Below, in pieces: positions 19,566 to 29,777 of a stretch of 64,000 nucleotides of DNA (position 1 is the stretch's first letter; each line of letters opens with the position of its first letter). A program made the position numbers and the translations under genes. Origin of the DNA: Acidimicrobiia bacterium (GTDB lineage Bacteria > Actinomycetota > Acidimicrobiia > Spongiisociales > Spongiisociaceae); the NCBI GenBank assembly GCA_041576165.1, contig JBFGLM010000001.1:32001-96000 (forward strand). The letters are read 5' to 3'. Under the pieces are notes generated by a model. The model was given only the letters and a program-made list of their open reading frames with translations. It was not told where the DNA came from and ran no database searches.

Positions 19566-20447
19566 ATGAATGTGCTCGTCACCGGCGGGGCCGGATTTCT
19601 GGGCCGCCATGTCGCCCGCGAGTTCGCGGCACAAGGTCACGCCGTCACGATCTTCGACCAGGCCGCCGCCGACCTCGACTGCGACAGCGTCATGGGGGAT
19701 CTCGTCGACCCAGGCCAGGTGCGGGCGGCCGTGGCCGGCCACCATGTCGTCGCACATGTTGGCGCCATCGGCGACGTCTACCTGGCCGGTGAACAGCCCG
19801 CTCTTGCTGCCTCGGTCAACGTCACCGGGTCGGCCAACGTTGCTGAGGCCGCATTGGCGGAAGGCGCCCGCGTCGTCTACGCCTCGACGTGGGAGGTCTA
19901 CGGTGAGCCCGAATACGAACCAATCGACGAGGATCATCCAACCAATCCCGACCACCCGTACAACATCACCAAGCTCGCGGGTGAGCAGATCCTGCTGGCT
20001 GCCGGCCAGCTCCGCGGGCTCCCGGTTGTGTCGTTGCGGCTGGGGACTGCATACGGTTCTGGTTTGCGCCCGAACTCCGTATTCAGGATCTTCATCGACA
20101 AAGCGCGGGCAGGTGAGCCGATCACCATCCAGGGCGACGGGTCCCAGGGCCGCCAGTTCACCCACGCAGCCGACATCTCCCGCGCCTTCGTGATGGCCGC
20201 CGAGTCAACAGTCTCCGGGATCACCCTCAACACTGTTGCGCAAGACACGATCTCGATCAAAGCCCTCGCCGAGATGGTCGTGGAGCGCTTCCCCACCGAG
20301 TTGACCTTCGGCGCACCCCGCCCCGGCGACGTCCCGCCGGCTCTGGTCTCCGCCAGGCGGGCGGCGGAGGTTCTCGGGTGGACCGCCGAGGTGCCCTTCG
20401 ACGCCGGGCTCGACGAACTGATCGGCGACGTCGACGGCCACGACTGA
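19566..20447 (+). CDS. NAD-dependent epimerase/dehydratase
   Basis: VLVTGGAGFLG, YNITK (YxxxK), GDGSQGRQF, RPGD; GGAGG Shine-Dalgarno before ATG 19566. Confidence 0.9.
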   Translation: MNVLVTGGAGFLGRHVAREFAAQGHAVTIFDQAAADLDCDSVMGDLVDPGQVRAAVAGHHVVAHVGAIGDVYLAGEQPALAASVNVTGSANVAEAALAEGARVVYASTWEVYGEPEYEPIDEDHPTNPDHPYNITKLAGEQILLAAGQLRGLPVVSLRLGTAYGSGLRPNSVFRIFIDKARAGEPITIQGDGSQGRQFTHAADISRAFVMAAESTVSGITLNTVAQDTISIKALAEMVVERFPTELTFGAPRPGDVPPALVSARRAAEVLGWTAEVPFDAGLDELIGDVDGHD

Positions 20448-20495
20448 CAAATCCCAGTCCGCTCGGCCAGACTGCAGAGAGTCCGGGGGAACAGT

Positions 20496-21593
20496 ATGAA
20501 GCCGACAATCCTCGTCCTGATCAAGGGCCTTGGAATCGGGGGCGCCGAGCGCTTGATCTCCGACGGCGCTGATTTCTGGGACCGCGACCGGTTCGACTAT
20601 CGGGTGGCGTACGTGCTCCCATGGAAGAACCAAGTGGTGGGTGACCTCGAATCGCTGGGCATTGCCGTGCGGTGCATCGGCACGCACCGGGGCTTGACCC
20701 CCGGAGTAGCAGCGAGGCTCAGGCGGCTGGTCAATGATTGGGACGTGGATCTGGTGCACGCTCACCTTCCCGCCACCGGCATAATGGCCCGGCTGTTCGC
20801 CGGTGTGCCGGTGGTCTACACCGAGCACAACATGGAGTCCTCCTATCGGGCGCCGACCCGGCAGCTGAACCGACTCACGTACGCTCGCCAGGCGGCGGTC
20901 ACCGCCGTGTCCGATGCCGTGGCCGAGAGTCTCGCCGGTTTCCCCGGCCCGAAGGTTCGGATCGTCGAGAACGGCGTCTCGGCGCGGCACCGCCCCGAGG
21001 AGGTGGCCGCGTCACGGGGCGAGCTGGGTGTCGAACCGGGCGACTTCCTGCTGACACACGTCGGCAACATCCGACCTCACAAGGGGCACAGCAACCTGAT
21101 CGCCGCGGCGGCACTGCTGCGCAAGCGCATCCCCCGGTTCTTGATCGTGTCAGTTGGCGGCGAGAAACACCGGGGCGATCTCGACCGGATCCGCCGAGAA
21201 GCCGAGGCGGCCGGCGTGAGCGACGTGGTCCGGTTCCTGGGGAGACGGGCCGGGACGGAAACGAGAGCCCTCGTCGAGGCCGCCGATGTCTATGTCAACC
21301 CTTCTGACTACGAGGGCCTGCCGGTGTCGATCCTCGAAGCGATGGCTCTCGCCCGGCCGATCGTGGCCACCGAGGTCGGTGGAGTCCCCAGCGTGATCAC
21401 AGACTCCACCGGTGTCTTGGTGCCGCCCAACCACCCACAGGCACTCGCAGATGCTGTGGCCGACCTGCTCGAGGACCCGGACCGGGCCGGGTCGTTGGGC
21501 CGCGCGGCCCGCGATCTCGCCGAACGTTCCTACGGACTCGACCGGATGATCTCCCAGCTGGAGGCAATCTACGACGAGGTGCTGGGTGGCTGA
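20496..21593 (+). CDS. Glycosyltransferase family 4
   Basis: GGAE; VGNIRPHKG; PSDYEGLPVSILEAM. Confidence 0.92.
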   Translation: MKPTILVLIKGLGIGGAERLISDGADFWDRDRFDYRVAYVLPWKNQVVGDLESLGIAVRCIGTHRGLTPGVAARLRRLVNDWDVDLVHAHLPATGIMARLFAGVPVVYTEHNMESSYRAPTRQLNRLTYARQAAVTAVSDAVAESLAGFPGPKVRIVENGVSARHRPEEVAASRGELGVEPGDFLLTHVGNIRPHKGHSNLIAAAALLRKRIPRFLIVSVGGEKHRGDLDRIRREAEAAGVSDVVRFLGRRAGTETRALVEAADVYVNPSDYEGLPVSILEAMALARPIVATEVGGVPSVITDSTGVLVPPNHPQALADAVADLLEDPDRAGSLGRAARDLAERSYGLDRMISQLEAIYDEVLGG

Positions 21594-22539
21594 CACGATC
21601 ACGGTGCGAGAGTTCCGCGACGGCGACGTCGCCGAGATCCTCGATGTCTTCCGGGCGGCATTGGGCGAAACGCCTGTGCTCAAGCGTACGCCTGAACTCT
21701 TTGCGTGGAAACATCTCGACAATCCCTTCGGTAGGTCGATCATCCTGCTGGCCGAATCAGGCGGCCGCCTGGCCGGCGTGCGGGCGTTCATGCGATGGGA
21801 GCTGGCAACACCAGACGGACGAACCCTGCGCTGCGTGCGGGCCGTCGATACGGCAACACATCCGGCCTACCTCCGCCGCGGCATCTTCAAACGGCTGACG
21901 ATGGAAGCCATCGATGTAGCGACCGGCGACGGCGTAGACCTCATCTTCAACACGCCCAACGTCAAGTCGGGCGCCGGTTACCTCAAGATGGGATGGTCCG
22001 TGGTCGGACCGATCGGGATCATGGTGCGACCCCGGTTCAGCGCACTGCGGGGTACCGGCCGGGCCGAGACCTTGCCGGCACCTTCGGACTTCCTGCGCAG
22101 CCCGGTCCCGGCCCGTCCCCTCGCCGTTCCCGATCGACCTGCCCGGGGACTGCGTACTCCCCGCACCCAGGCTTATCTGGAGTGGCGATACGCCGGGCAT
22201 CCCACGGCCAGGTATTTCATGGTCGATGCCGCCGGAACCGTCGGTTACCTGCGTCCCAACCACCGAGGAGCACGCCGAGAGCTCGTCGTCTCCGAAGTCA
22301 TCGGTCCCGATCCGGCGGCTGCGATCGCCGCCGCCCACCGTGCTTCCACCGCGGATTATGTCGCCGCCTGGTTCTCGTCGGGCGGACCGGAACGCCGGGC
22401 GGCAATCTGGAACGGGCTGGCCCCGGTTCCCAAGGTCTCGGCACTCACTCTGGTGTGCCGTCCGCTGGGGGAACTACACCTAGACCCGACAGAGTTGGCA
22501 TCATGGGATCTGGCGCTCGGTGACCTGGAGCTGCTGTGA
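21586..22539 (+). CDS. GNAT-family N-acyltransferase
   Basis: WKHLDNPFG, DTATHPAYLRRGIF (acyl-CoA motif A), FNTPN..GYLKMGW. Confidence 0.82.
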   Translation: MADTITVREFRDGDVAEILDVFRAALGETPVLKRTPELFAWKHLDNPFGRSIILLAESGGRLAGVRAFMRWELATPDGRTLRCVRAVDTATHPAYLRRGIFKRLTMEAIDVATGDGVDLIFNTPNVKSGAGYLKMGWSVVGPIGIMVRPRFSALRGTGRAETLPAPSDFLRSPVPARPLAVPDRPARGLRTPRTQAYLEWRYAGHPTARYFMVDAAGTVGYLRPNHRGARRELVVSEVIGPDPAAAIAAAHRASTADYVAAWFSSGGPERRAAIWNGLAPVPKVSALTLVCRPLGELHLDPTELASWDLALGDLELL

Positions 22540-22548
22540 GGACCGGTT

Positions 22549-23901
22549 GTGAGGAGTGAAGGTGCGGTCATTTGGGTGAGCATCTTCATCGCGCTCGCAT
22601 CGGTCGGCCTCCTCTACGTGTTCGATTTCACCTTCCAGGACGTGATCCTGGCGATCCTTGCGTTCCTGCTGGTCGCCAAGATCGGCCGGGTCGTGACGAA
22701 GGACGTGGATCGCGCGTGGATGGGCTGGCTCATACCACTGGCCTTCATGGTCAAGCTGATCGGGGCCACGTTTCGCCACTACACCGTCACCGTCGTCTAC
22801 AACTCGGGTGATGCACTGACCTACTACGGGTTCGCCGAGAACGCGATCCACGCTTGGCGCGGTCTGCAAGTGCCAGTCTCGGTGGGACGCAGCCAGGGCA
22901 CCCGATTCATCGAGGTGCTCACCAGCCTCATCTTCGCCCCCTATTTCCCGACGATCCTCGGTGGGTTCATCATCTTCGCCACGATCGCCTTCCTGGGGCA
23001 GATGCTGTTCTATGCGGCATTCCGCCGGGCGATGCCGCACAGGCGGTTGAAGCTCTACGGCCTGGCCATCTTCTTTCTCCCCTCGCTGTTGTTCTGGCCG
23101 TCGAGTATCGGCAAGGAATCAACGCTGATGCTGTTCATGGGCCTGGTGGTGTACGGCGCCACGCTGATGTTCCAAGGCAAATGGCTTGGGGCGCTGCCGC
23201 TGGTGGCCATCGGCATGGGCCTCACGGCGGCGATCCGTCCTCATGTTGCGGCGCTGCTCGCCGGAGCCCTGGTAGTCGCGCTGATCTTCGGCCGGATGCC
23301 CCGTATTCGCGGCGGCAAGTTCGCTCGCGTGTTGCTGATCGTCATTGCTCTCGCCGGCCTGTTCGCCATGGCGGCTGCGGTCACTGCCCGATTCGGGGTG
23401 GGTCTGAACGCACAGGAGGTCGAAGAGTTCACCGCGCAGGTCGAGGGACAGACCGAACAAGGCGGCTCTTCCTTCGACGCCGAAACGGTCACCAGTCCGA
23501 CGCAGCTGCCATCCGCCACGGTGCGCGTCCTGTACCGACCACTCGTCTACGAGGCGCACAACCTGCAGGCCCAGCTGTCATCGCTGGAGAGCACGCTCCT
23601 GCTGGTGGTCACCGTGCTGCTGTTACACCGCATGATCCGCAACCTGAAGATGATTCGCCACTATCCCTACCTGGCGTTCAGCGTGATCTTCACGGGCGGT
23701 TTCGTCATCGCGTTCAGCTCTATCGGCAATGCCGGGATCCTCTCCCGGCAGCGGGTTCAGGTGGTCCCCTTCTTTGTGCTGATGCTGTTGACTCTCTCGA
23801 TCAGCCGCAAGCACCTGGCCGCCGACGGAGAACCGGGATTCGAAACTCCCGCCGCGCCGCCGCCCAAACCGCCGATCCTGGTCGGACCGGTGCGCCCCTA
23901 G
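22549..23901 (+). CDS. Multi-pass membrane protein, probable Wzy-like polymerase / GT-C fold
   Basis: About 11 TMs; GDALTY, SSIGKES, IRPH, NAGILSRQR; located in the polysaccharide locus. Confidence 0.6.
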   Translation: MRSEGAVIWVSIFIALASVGLLYVFDFTFQDVILAILAFLLVAKIGRVVTKDVDRAWMGWLIPLAFMVKLIGATFRHYTVTVVYNSGDALTYYGFAENAIHAWRGLQVPVSVGRSQGTRFIEVLTSLIFAPYFPTILGGFIIFATIAFLGQMLFYAAFRRAMPHRRLKLYGLAIFFLPSLLFWPSSIGKESTLMLFMGLVVYGATLMFQGKWLGALPLVAIGMGLTAAIRPHVAALLAGALVVALIFGRMPRIRGGKFARVLLIVIALAGLFAMAAAVTARFGVGLNAQEVEEFTAQVEGQTEQGGSSFDAETVTSPTQLPSATVRVLYRPLVYEAHNLQAQLSSLESTLLLVVTVLLLHRMIRNLKMIRHYPYLAFSVIFTGGFVIAFSSIGNAGILSRQRVQVVPFFVLMLLTLSISRKHLAADGEPGFETPAAPPPKPPILVGPVRP

Positions 23902-23911
23902 CGGCGGCGAT

Positions 23912-24916
23912 CTAGGCGTCCACCCTCAGAAACCCGCCTTGGCGGGCGGCCGCCAGGAACCCCGCTACCACGACCATAAGCAAGACGACCGCGCCGACGC
24001 CGCCGACCAGCCGGTCGACGGCGACCACGGCCACGACGATCACGGCCTGCAACGCGGCGGAGGTCGCCGCCACGGCCTTCACGCTCATGCCCCTGTCCCG
24101 CAGCTGGTCGTATACGTGGCTTCGATCACCTTCGAACAGGGGACGGCCGTTGATCCAGCGCCGGATCAGGGTGACCGCCAGATCCAGCGCGAACACACCC
24201 AGCAAACCCATTGCGATCCATACTCCGACCGTGACCATCGGCGTGGCACCGGCTGGTGAAGGCGCCGGCCCGGTGTGGGATTGCAAGATCCCGTACGCCA
24301 AGAACAGGGCAACCGTGTAGGCGCCATTGTCACCCAGGAACACTCGGGCCGGGTTCCAGTTGAAGAGCAGGAACCCGATCAGCGCAGCCGCCAGGATCAG
24401 GCCGAACCATCCGTCGAAGCCGCGCAGCTCGGTGAGCCACGCGATCCCGACCGCGGTGACGACGCCGGCCGACGCGACCAATCCGTCGAGCCCATCAAAG
24501 AGGTTCACGGCGTTGATCGCCATGACAACGAGAGCCGCGCCGACGACCAGCCCCCACCAACCGTGAATCCCTACGTCGGCCCGGGTGACCACAACGACAC
24601 CCGCTGCAAGCTCGATCACGAGACGCACCTTGGGATCGAGCTCCAACTTGTCATCGGCCAGCCCCAGCAACAAAACGATCCCGCTGGCGAACGCGAGCCC
24701 GGCGTCATACCGGCCGGCCAGCACGAGTGCCGTATGCACCCCGAGGTAGATGCCGACACCACCGAGAGGTACGGCGATCCGTTCGTGCACGGAAAGGCCG
24801 GGCTGGCGCTCGGGCCGATCGACCCAGCCGACCGCCGGACCCAGCCAGATCGACAGCCCAGCCCAGGCCGCCGATATCACAAAGGCAGCCACGAGCGCGG
24901 CGATCAGGCCGTCCAA
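23912..24916 (-). CDS. Undecaprenyl-phosphate HexNAc-1-phosphate transferase (WecA/MraY family)
   Basis: VPLGGV, GLADD, NAVNLFDGLDGL, FNWNPARVFLGDNG, GDRSH. Confidence 0.9.
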   Translation of the reverse strand: MDGLIAALVAAFVISAAWAGLSIWLGPAVGWVDRPERQPGLSVHERIAVPLGGVGIYLGVHTALVLAGRYDAGLAFASGIVLLLGLADDKLELDPKVRLVIELAAGVVVVTRADVGIHGWWGLVVGAALVVMAINAVNLFDGLDGLVASAGVVTAVGIAWLTELRGFDGWFGLILAAALIGFLLFNWNPARVFLGDNGAYTVALFLAYGILQSHTGPAPSPAGATPMVTVGVWIAMGLLGVFALDLAVTLIRRWINGRPLFEGDRSHVYDQLRDRGMSVKAVAATSAALQAVIVVAVVAVDRLVGGVGAVVLLMVVVAGFLAAARQGGFLRVDA

Positions 24917-26664
24917 ACCAGCACCTTCGAAGTCTCGCCAGCATGAACCTCGATCGTGGCAACTTCCCGAAAGCCCACCGATTGGTGCGCACCGAGTGAT
25001 GCCGTGTTGTCCGCTGCGACCACCACCTGGACCTTGGCAAGTCCCCGCTCGCGATACCCGTCGACCGCTCGTGCCAGCATCCGCCCCCCCAGTCCCTTGC
25101 CTCTCATCTCGGCACTCGTGGCGATGGAAAAGAGCTCAGCCTCGGCGTGATGCGAGCTCACACCGGTGCCATGACGGAACGTCTCATAGATGCGCTTCGT
25201 CACGCTGGGCCGGACGAGGCGCGGGGCAACGGACCAGCCCGCAGCGATGGCATGTTTCCGCAAGAAGTGCTTGTAGAAGCGGCTGGTCGAGACGACCGAG
25301 GCCACGAAGCCGACCGGTGAGACCCCGTCGTCGGCCACCCAAACGTCCGCTTCGGGCCAGCCGATCAACGCGTCGTAGAGGCGAGTGAGGAACGGACGGC
25401 CGAGAGTGGGAAGGAACCCGGTTGTGATCTCGGCGTGGAGCCCGGCCAGGGCGGGGGCGTCGCCGGGCATCGCCCGGCGAATGATCGGCGCGATGGGGCG
25501 GTCGGCGCCGAGAAGGCTCGACATACCTTTCTGTCTCGCGACCCGCCGGTAGGTGTCCATGACGATCTGCACGACCCGGTTCTCGTCGAATTCGGCCCGG
25601 GCCCGAACGAAGCTCGCTTTACCCATTCGCACCCGCAGACCCGCGTCGTCGCCCAGCATGGCGATGGCATCCGCCAGGGCCGGCGCGTTCATCGCCGGGA
25701 CCAAGAGCCCGTTTTCGCCGTGGTCGACAACTTGGCGGCACCCGCGGATGTCGGTGGCTACGAGGGCCAGGCCCATGGCGGCAGCTTCCATGGCCGCCCG
25801 GGGAAAACCCTCACGGTGCGATGGCAGTACGAACAGGTCGAATGCCGAGTACAGATCCTCGACATCGTTGCGCATCCCCAGCATGCGTACGCCGAGCTGT
25901 TCGGCCCGAGCGATCGTCGACCGAGGAAGCGCACCTGCTTTGGTGGGGTCGTCAGGCCCGGCGACGACCAAGACATATCGATCCCGATCGAGCCCGGCGA
26001 ACGCATCGAACAGCTCGGGATATCCCTTCTCTGCTACGAGCCGGCCGACGATCCCCACCACCACCTGGCCGTTTCGCACACCCCACTCCCGGCGCAGCCG
26101 GGCCCGCGACTCCGAGCCGACCCGGGCCGGATCAAATCGGGAGAGGTCTACCCCGTTGCCGAGCAGCTGCATCTTGCCGGGCGGAGTTATTCGCAGGCGC
26201 GCCATCAGCTCGACGTCCTCGACGTTTTGCGCCAGCTCCGCATCCGAGAACCGGGCCGCGATCGCCTCGAGCAGGTATACGACGGCTCGCTTGGGCCAGG
26301 GATCATCTTCAGTGGCATACAGGCCGTGCACCGTGTTGATGACCATCGGGACGCCGGCCAGCTTCCCGACCAGCCGGCCATATATGCCCGGCTTGGGATT
26401 GTGGGTGTGCAGGACGTCGACCGGGTTTGCCTTCAAGTGGCAGTACAGCTCACGCGCCGCCTTCAGATCGGCGAGGAGATCCATGCCTCGGGTAGAGGAG
26501 TCCAACGGGAGATGACGAACTCCGGCGGCTTCCAGCTCGGCGACCCACGGCCCGGTGCCGGAGATGCCGAAACAGGTACCGCCCTCATCGATGACCGCCT
26601 TCAGCTGGGGGAACAACAGCAACCGGAGACTCATGTCGACGGTGGTCAGATGCGCGACCCGCAT
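24904..26664 (-). CDS. Glycosyltransferase family 4 fused to a C-terminal GNAT domain
   Basis: HNPKPG, VGRLVAEKG, PSHREGFPRAAMEAA; then ELFSIAT..RGKGLG..VAADN..HQSVGF; probable ATG at 26664. Confidence 0.85.
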   Translation of the reverse strand: MRVAHLTTVDMSLRLLLFPQLKAVIDEGGTCFGISGTGPWVAELEAAGVRHLPLDSSTRGMDLLADLKAARELYCHLKANPVDVLHTHNPKPGIYGRLVGKLAGVPMVINTVHGLYATEDDPWPKRAVVYLLEAIAARFSDAELAQNVEDVELMARLRITPPGKMQLLGNGVDLSRFDPARVGSESRARLRREWGVRNGQVVVGIVGRLVAEKGYPELFDAFAGLDRDRYVLVVAGPDDPTKAGALPRSTIARAEQLGVRMLGMRNDVEDLYSAFDLFVLPSHREGFPRAAMEAAAMGLALVATDIRGCRQVVDHGENGLLVPAMNAPALADAIAMLGDDAGLRVRMGKASFVRARAEFDENRVVQIVMDTYRRVARQKGMSSLLGADRPIAPIIRRAMPGDAPALAGLHAEITTGFLPTLGRPFLTRLYDALIGWPEADVWVADDGVSPVGFVASVVSTSRFYKHFLRKHAIAAGWSVAPRLVRPSVTKRIYETFRHGTGVSSHHAEAELFSIATSAEMRGKGLGGRMLARAVDGYRERGLAKVQVVVAADNTASLGAHQSVGFREVATIEVHAGETSKVLVWTA

Positions 26665-26665
26665 G

Positions 26666-27790
26666 TCAGACCTCCAGGCGGGCAGGCCGGCGACCCAGTA
26701 CCACAGCCCGAAACACCTCGTCGTATCGATCGAGCGCGTGGCGCAGCAAGTAGCGGCCCAACACTCGCTCCCGGGCAGCAGCGCCGAGGACCTCGAGCGC
26801 CGCCCGGTCGGCGGCGACCTCGGCGAGCGCGTCGGATAGTGCGCCCTCGTCGCCCCGCCGCACCAGGCGGCCGGTGACGCCGTCGATGACCACGTCGCCG
26901 ACGCCGCCGACGTCAAAGGCAACTGCAGGTACGCCGGCTGCGCCGGCTTCGAGCACCACCCCAGGCAGCCCCTCGGTCTTGGACGAGAGGACCAGCACAT
27001 CGGCCCAACCCAGATGGGGTTTGACGTCGGGCACCGGACCGACCAATTCGACGACCTCTGTCAGGTTGCGGGCGTTGATTTCGTGTTCCAGCAGTTCGAC
27101 CATGGGGCCCTGGCCGACGATTCGGAGCTGGACCGGCTGTTCGGTCGCCACGTCCGCCACCGCCCGCAATGCCACGTCCGGGCCCTTCTCGGCGGTGAGG
27201 CTGCCGATGAAGAGGACCCGCAGCTCGCCGACGCGTGGCTCGTTGATCACATCCGCGAACGCCTCCGGCACTCCGGTTGGGGCGACGGCCACTTTGTCGG
27301 AAGGTACGTGCAGGCTCTCGATGAGCTGGCGGCGAGTGGCATTCGACACGGAGGTGATCAGGTCAACCCGCGACATGAGAAACGCAGTACGGAGCCGGCT
27401 GAGGCGTGACCGGCTCCACCAGGCCGGCTCGCCGATAGAACCGTAAACCAGGCGGGGCACCCGCTTCCCGAACCGGGCTGCAAGCGCGTAGCGCAGGGTG
27501 GCACTGCCATTGGCGAAGATGACGTGGGGCTGATGGCCATCAATCCGGGCCCTGATCGCCCGCACCACATCCCGGTCCATCGGACCGAGCTCCGATTTTG
27601 CTCTACGGGTGAGCGCCGGCGCGGAGACGGTGGGCTCAGGGGCATCGACCAAGGCTCGGAAATCGACATCCCAACCCCGGTCGCCGAGTCCATCCGCAAG
27701 CTGCTCGCCGAACACCTCGGCGCCGCGTCGCTGACGCGACGTCACCAAGACCAAGAGTCGAGGTGTCACGGTGTTGCGTTCCCCGCTCAA
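26666..27790 (-). CDS. Glycosyltransferase family 4
   Basis: RRGAE; IGSLTAEKG; SSKTEGLPGVVLEAG. Confidence 0.9.
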   Translation of the reverse strand: MSGERNTVTPRLLVLVTSRQRRGAEVFGEQLADGLGDRGWDVDFRALVDAPEPTVSAPALTRRAKSELGPMDRDVVRAIRARIDGHQPHVIFANGSATLRYALAARFGKRVPRLVYGSIGEPAWWSRSRLSRLRTAFLMSRVDLITSVSNATRRQLIESLHVPSDKVAVAPTGVPEAFADVINEPRVGELRVLFIGSLTAEKGPDVALRAVADVATEQPVQLRIVGQGPMVELLEHEINARNLTEVVELVGPVPDVKPHLGWADVLVLSSKTEGLPGVVLEAGAAGVPAVAFDVGGVGDVVIDGVTGRLVRRGDEGALSDALAEVAADRAALEVLGAAARERVLGRYLLRHALDRYDEVFRAVVLGRRPARLEV

Positions 27791-27944
27791 ACGCTCTCTC
27801 CCAACGTCGAGCTCTCGAGTGCTGGCACGGATTCAAACTACCGGCAGCGGCGGGCTTACGGAGCCGGTCCAACGGTGCGGCGGCCACTCGTCCCCGGCCC
27901 CGACCGGCCAAGCCGGCGGGGGCCGGTGCCCCAGTTGCGCCGGC

Positions 27945-28574
27945 TCACACGGTGAAGGACTCGCCCCACCCGAGTGGAACGAATTCGATTTCCGACTGGT
28001 CCAAAACGCCCTTGGCCATCCCGTAGAAGAAATCGCGGGCCTGATCCGTCAGGTAGAAGTCGTGGATCGGGATGACCTGGCGCGGTGCCAGTCGCAGCGC
28101 AAACTCCACCGACCCACGCATCGTTCCCCAGGGCATGATCAGTGGCAGGGCCAGCACGGCAGCGGCCGTCGTGGGCTCGTGGCTGTCCCCGGGATGAGTG
28201 AATACGTCGTCCACGGTGTAGGCCCGATTGGGGACGGTCGTACCGTTCGGCAAGATGCCATGGTCGCAGTCCTCGCTGCTCACTCCTTCGGGATCGGAGG
28301 TATGCGCCTCGATGCCGGCCTCGCGCAGAATCTGCGCTACCGCGTCGTTGCAGTGCACCGTGAGGTCCTGGGACCGATCCAGCAACCACGCGACGAAGTC
28401 GGACGACACGTGGTCCATGTGCTCATGGCTGATACACACCCTCTGAACGGCCCCGATCGAGTCGAGGTCGACCTGACCCGAGGTGAACGTGAAGAAGCCC
28501 GGGTCGTGCAGGGTGGCGCCCCGGTCGGTGGTGACCAGGACACAGGAATCCGCAAGGCGGCGAATGGTCGTCAT
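27945..28574 (-). CDS. Metallo-beta-lactamase-fold hydrolase
   Basis: DPG, SHEHMDH, HPGDS, IPIHD; probable ATG at 28574. Confidence 0.85.
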   Translation of the reverse strand: MTTIRRLADSCVLVTTDRGATLHDPGFFTFTSGQVDLDSIGAVQRVCISHEHMDHVSSDFVAWLLDRSQDLTVHCNDAVAQILREAGIEAHTSDPEGVSSEDCDHGILPNGTTVPNRAYTVDDVFTHPGDSHEPTTAAAVLALPLIMPWGTMRGSVEFALRLAPRQVIPIHDFYLTDQARDFFYGMAKGVLDQSEIEFVPLGWGESFTV

Positions 28575-28655
28575 GCCCGTCGAACCTAGCGGACGCGGCC
28601 AGCGGCGATGGTCGATCGCTGTAGTCACCAGCCCGGATTGCCGATCATCAGACCG

Positions 28656-29747
28656 ATGGAAGAAGGTCCCAAGCTCCACGCGGTATGGCTTCTCTGGCTG
28701 GCGACGGGCGGTGTGCTCGTCTGGCTGGCGTGGTCCCATGTCGCATGGCGCGCCCAACCGACCCACGAACTCGACATCCTGGTCTTCGACGTAACCGTGG
28801 CCGATGACGGCTACAGGGAGCACCAGGTGATCGGCAGCGTGCTCGAGCATCGCCGAATCCCCTACGATCTGGGCGCCGACCACGTCGGGGCCGCTCCCGG
28901 TGGTAGCCCGCATGGCCGCTGGCCTGCGCGGCACCCCGACCTCATCATCCTCGCAGACGGGTACGGCGTATACACCGACGATCAGGGCCGGATCGACGAT
29001 CTCGGCAGCAACCTGGTGTCGGCGGTCCTGACCGATGAACAGGCCGCCGACCTCCACGCCTGGATCGCGGACGGTGTGCCGGCGTACGCCGAGTTCGCCA
29101 CCATCCCCACCCCGACCCCCCGTACCGCTTCAGAGTTGCTCCAGACGGCCTTCGGGGTCAATGCAACCGGCTGGCTCGGTCATGCAGTGGAGGACCTGGC
29201 TGAGCTGAGCCCCCGCCTCAAGAGCCTCGGCCCCCAGCCCTGGCCTCATGAGGGCCCCGGCTTCATCTTCGTCACCACCCGGGCCGGCGATGCCGAGCCC
29301 GCGCCGCAGCTAGTCGTGCTGTCCGAACCAGAGCTGGATGCGCTATACCCGAGCTTCACCGGTCGGCCTGCCGGGGGCCGCGGCGAGGCCGCTCCATTCG
29401 CCGGCTGGTTTGAACTCATCACACCCGACGACGACGTCACAGTGGATGCCTGGCTGGAGCTGCCTGTCAACCCGGCAGGCAAGGGGAAACTCGACGCGGC
29501 CGGCCTCCCGGTCCGCTGGCCCGCCGTCATTCGGGGTGAAACAACCATGTATGTCGTCGGAGATCTCCTGGAGAACACCACCGACCTCACCTTCAAACAG
29601 TTCACGCCGGCCGCAGGGCTCACCTACTGGCTGATGCCGCAAGAAGATTCTGCGGCCTTCCACCAGATCCTGCTGCCGGCCCTCGACCGCACCATCGATC
29701 TGGCCGTTGCCCGGGCCTCGGACGGGACTGCGCAGGTCAGCCGCTAG
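28656..29747 (+). CDS. Membrane-anchored hypothetical protein
   Basis: N-terminal TM; FDVTVADDGYREH, LADGYGVY; co-oriented with gnd. Confidence 0.6.
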   Translation: MEEGPKLHAVWLLWLATGGVLVWLAWSHVAWRAQPTHELDILVFDVTVADDGYREHQVIGSVLEHRRIPYDLGADHVGAAPGGSPHGRWPARHPDLIILADGYGVYTDDQGRIDDLGSNLVSAVLTDEQAADLHAWIADGVPAYAEFATIPTPTPRTASELLQTAFGVNATGWLGHAVEDLAELSPRLKSLGPQPWPHEGPGFIFVTTRAGDAEPAPQLVVLSEPELDALYPSFTGRPAGGRGEAAPFAGWFELITPDDDVTVDAWLELPVNPAGKGKLDAAGLPVRWPAVIRGETTMYVVGDLLENTTDLTFKQFTPAAGLTYWLMPQEDSAAFHQILLPALDRTIDLAVARASDGTAQVSR

Positions 29748-29777
29748 CCTCGCACTGACCTGCGGCAGGGAGCAGCA

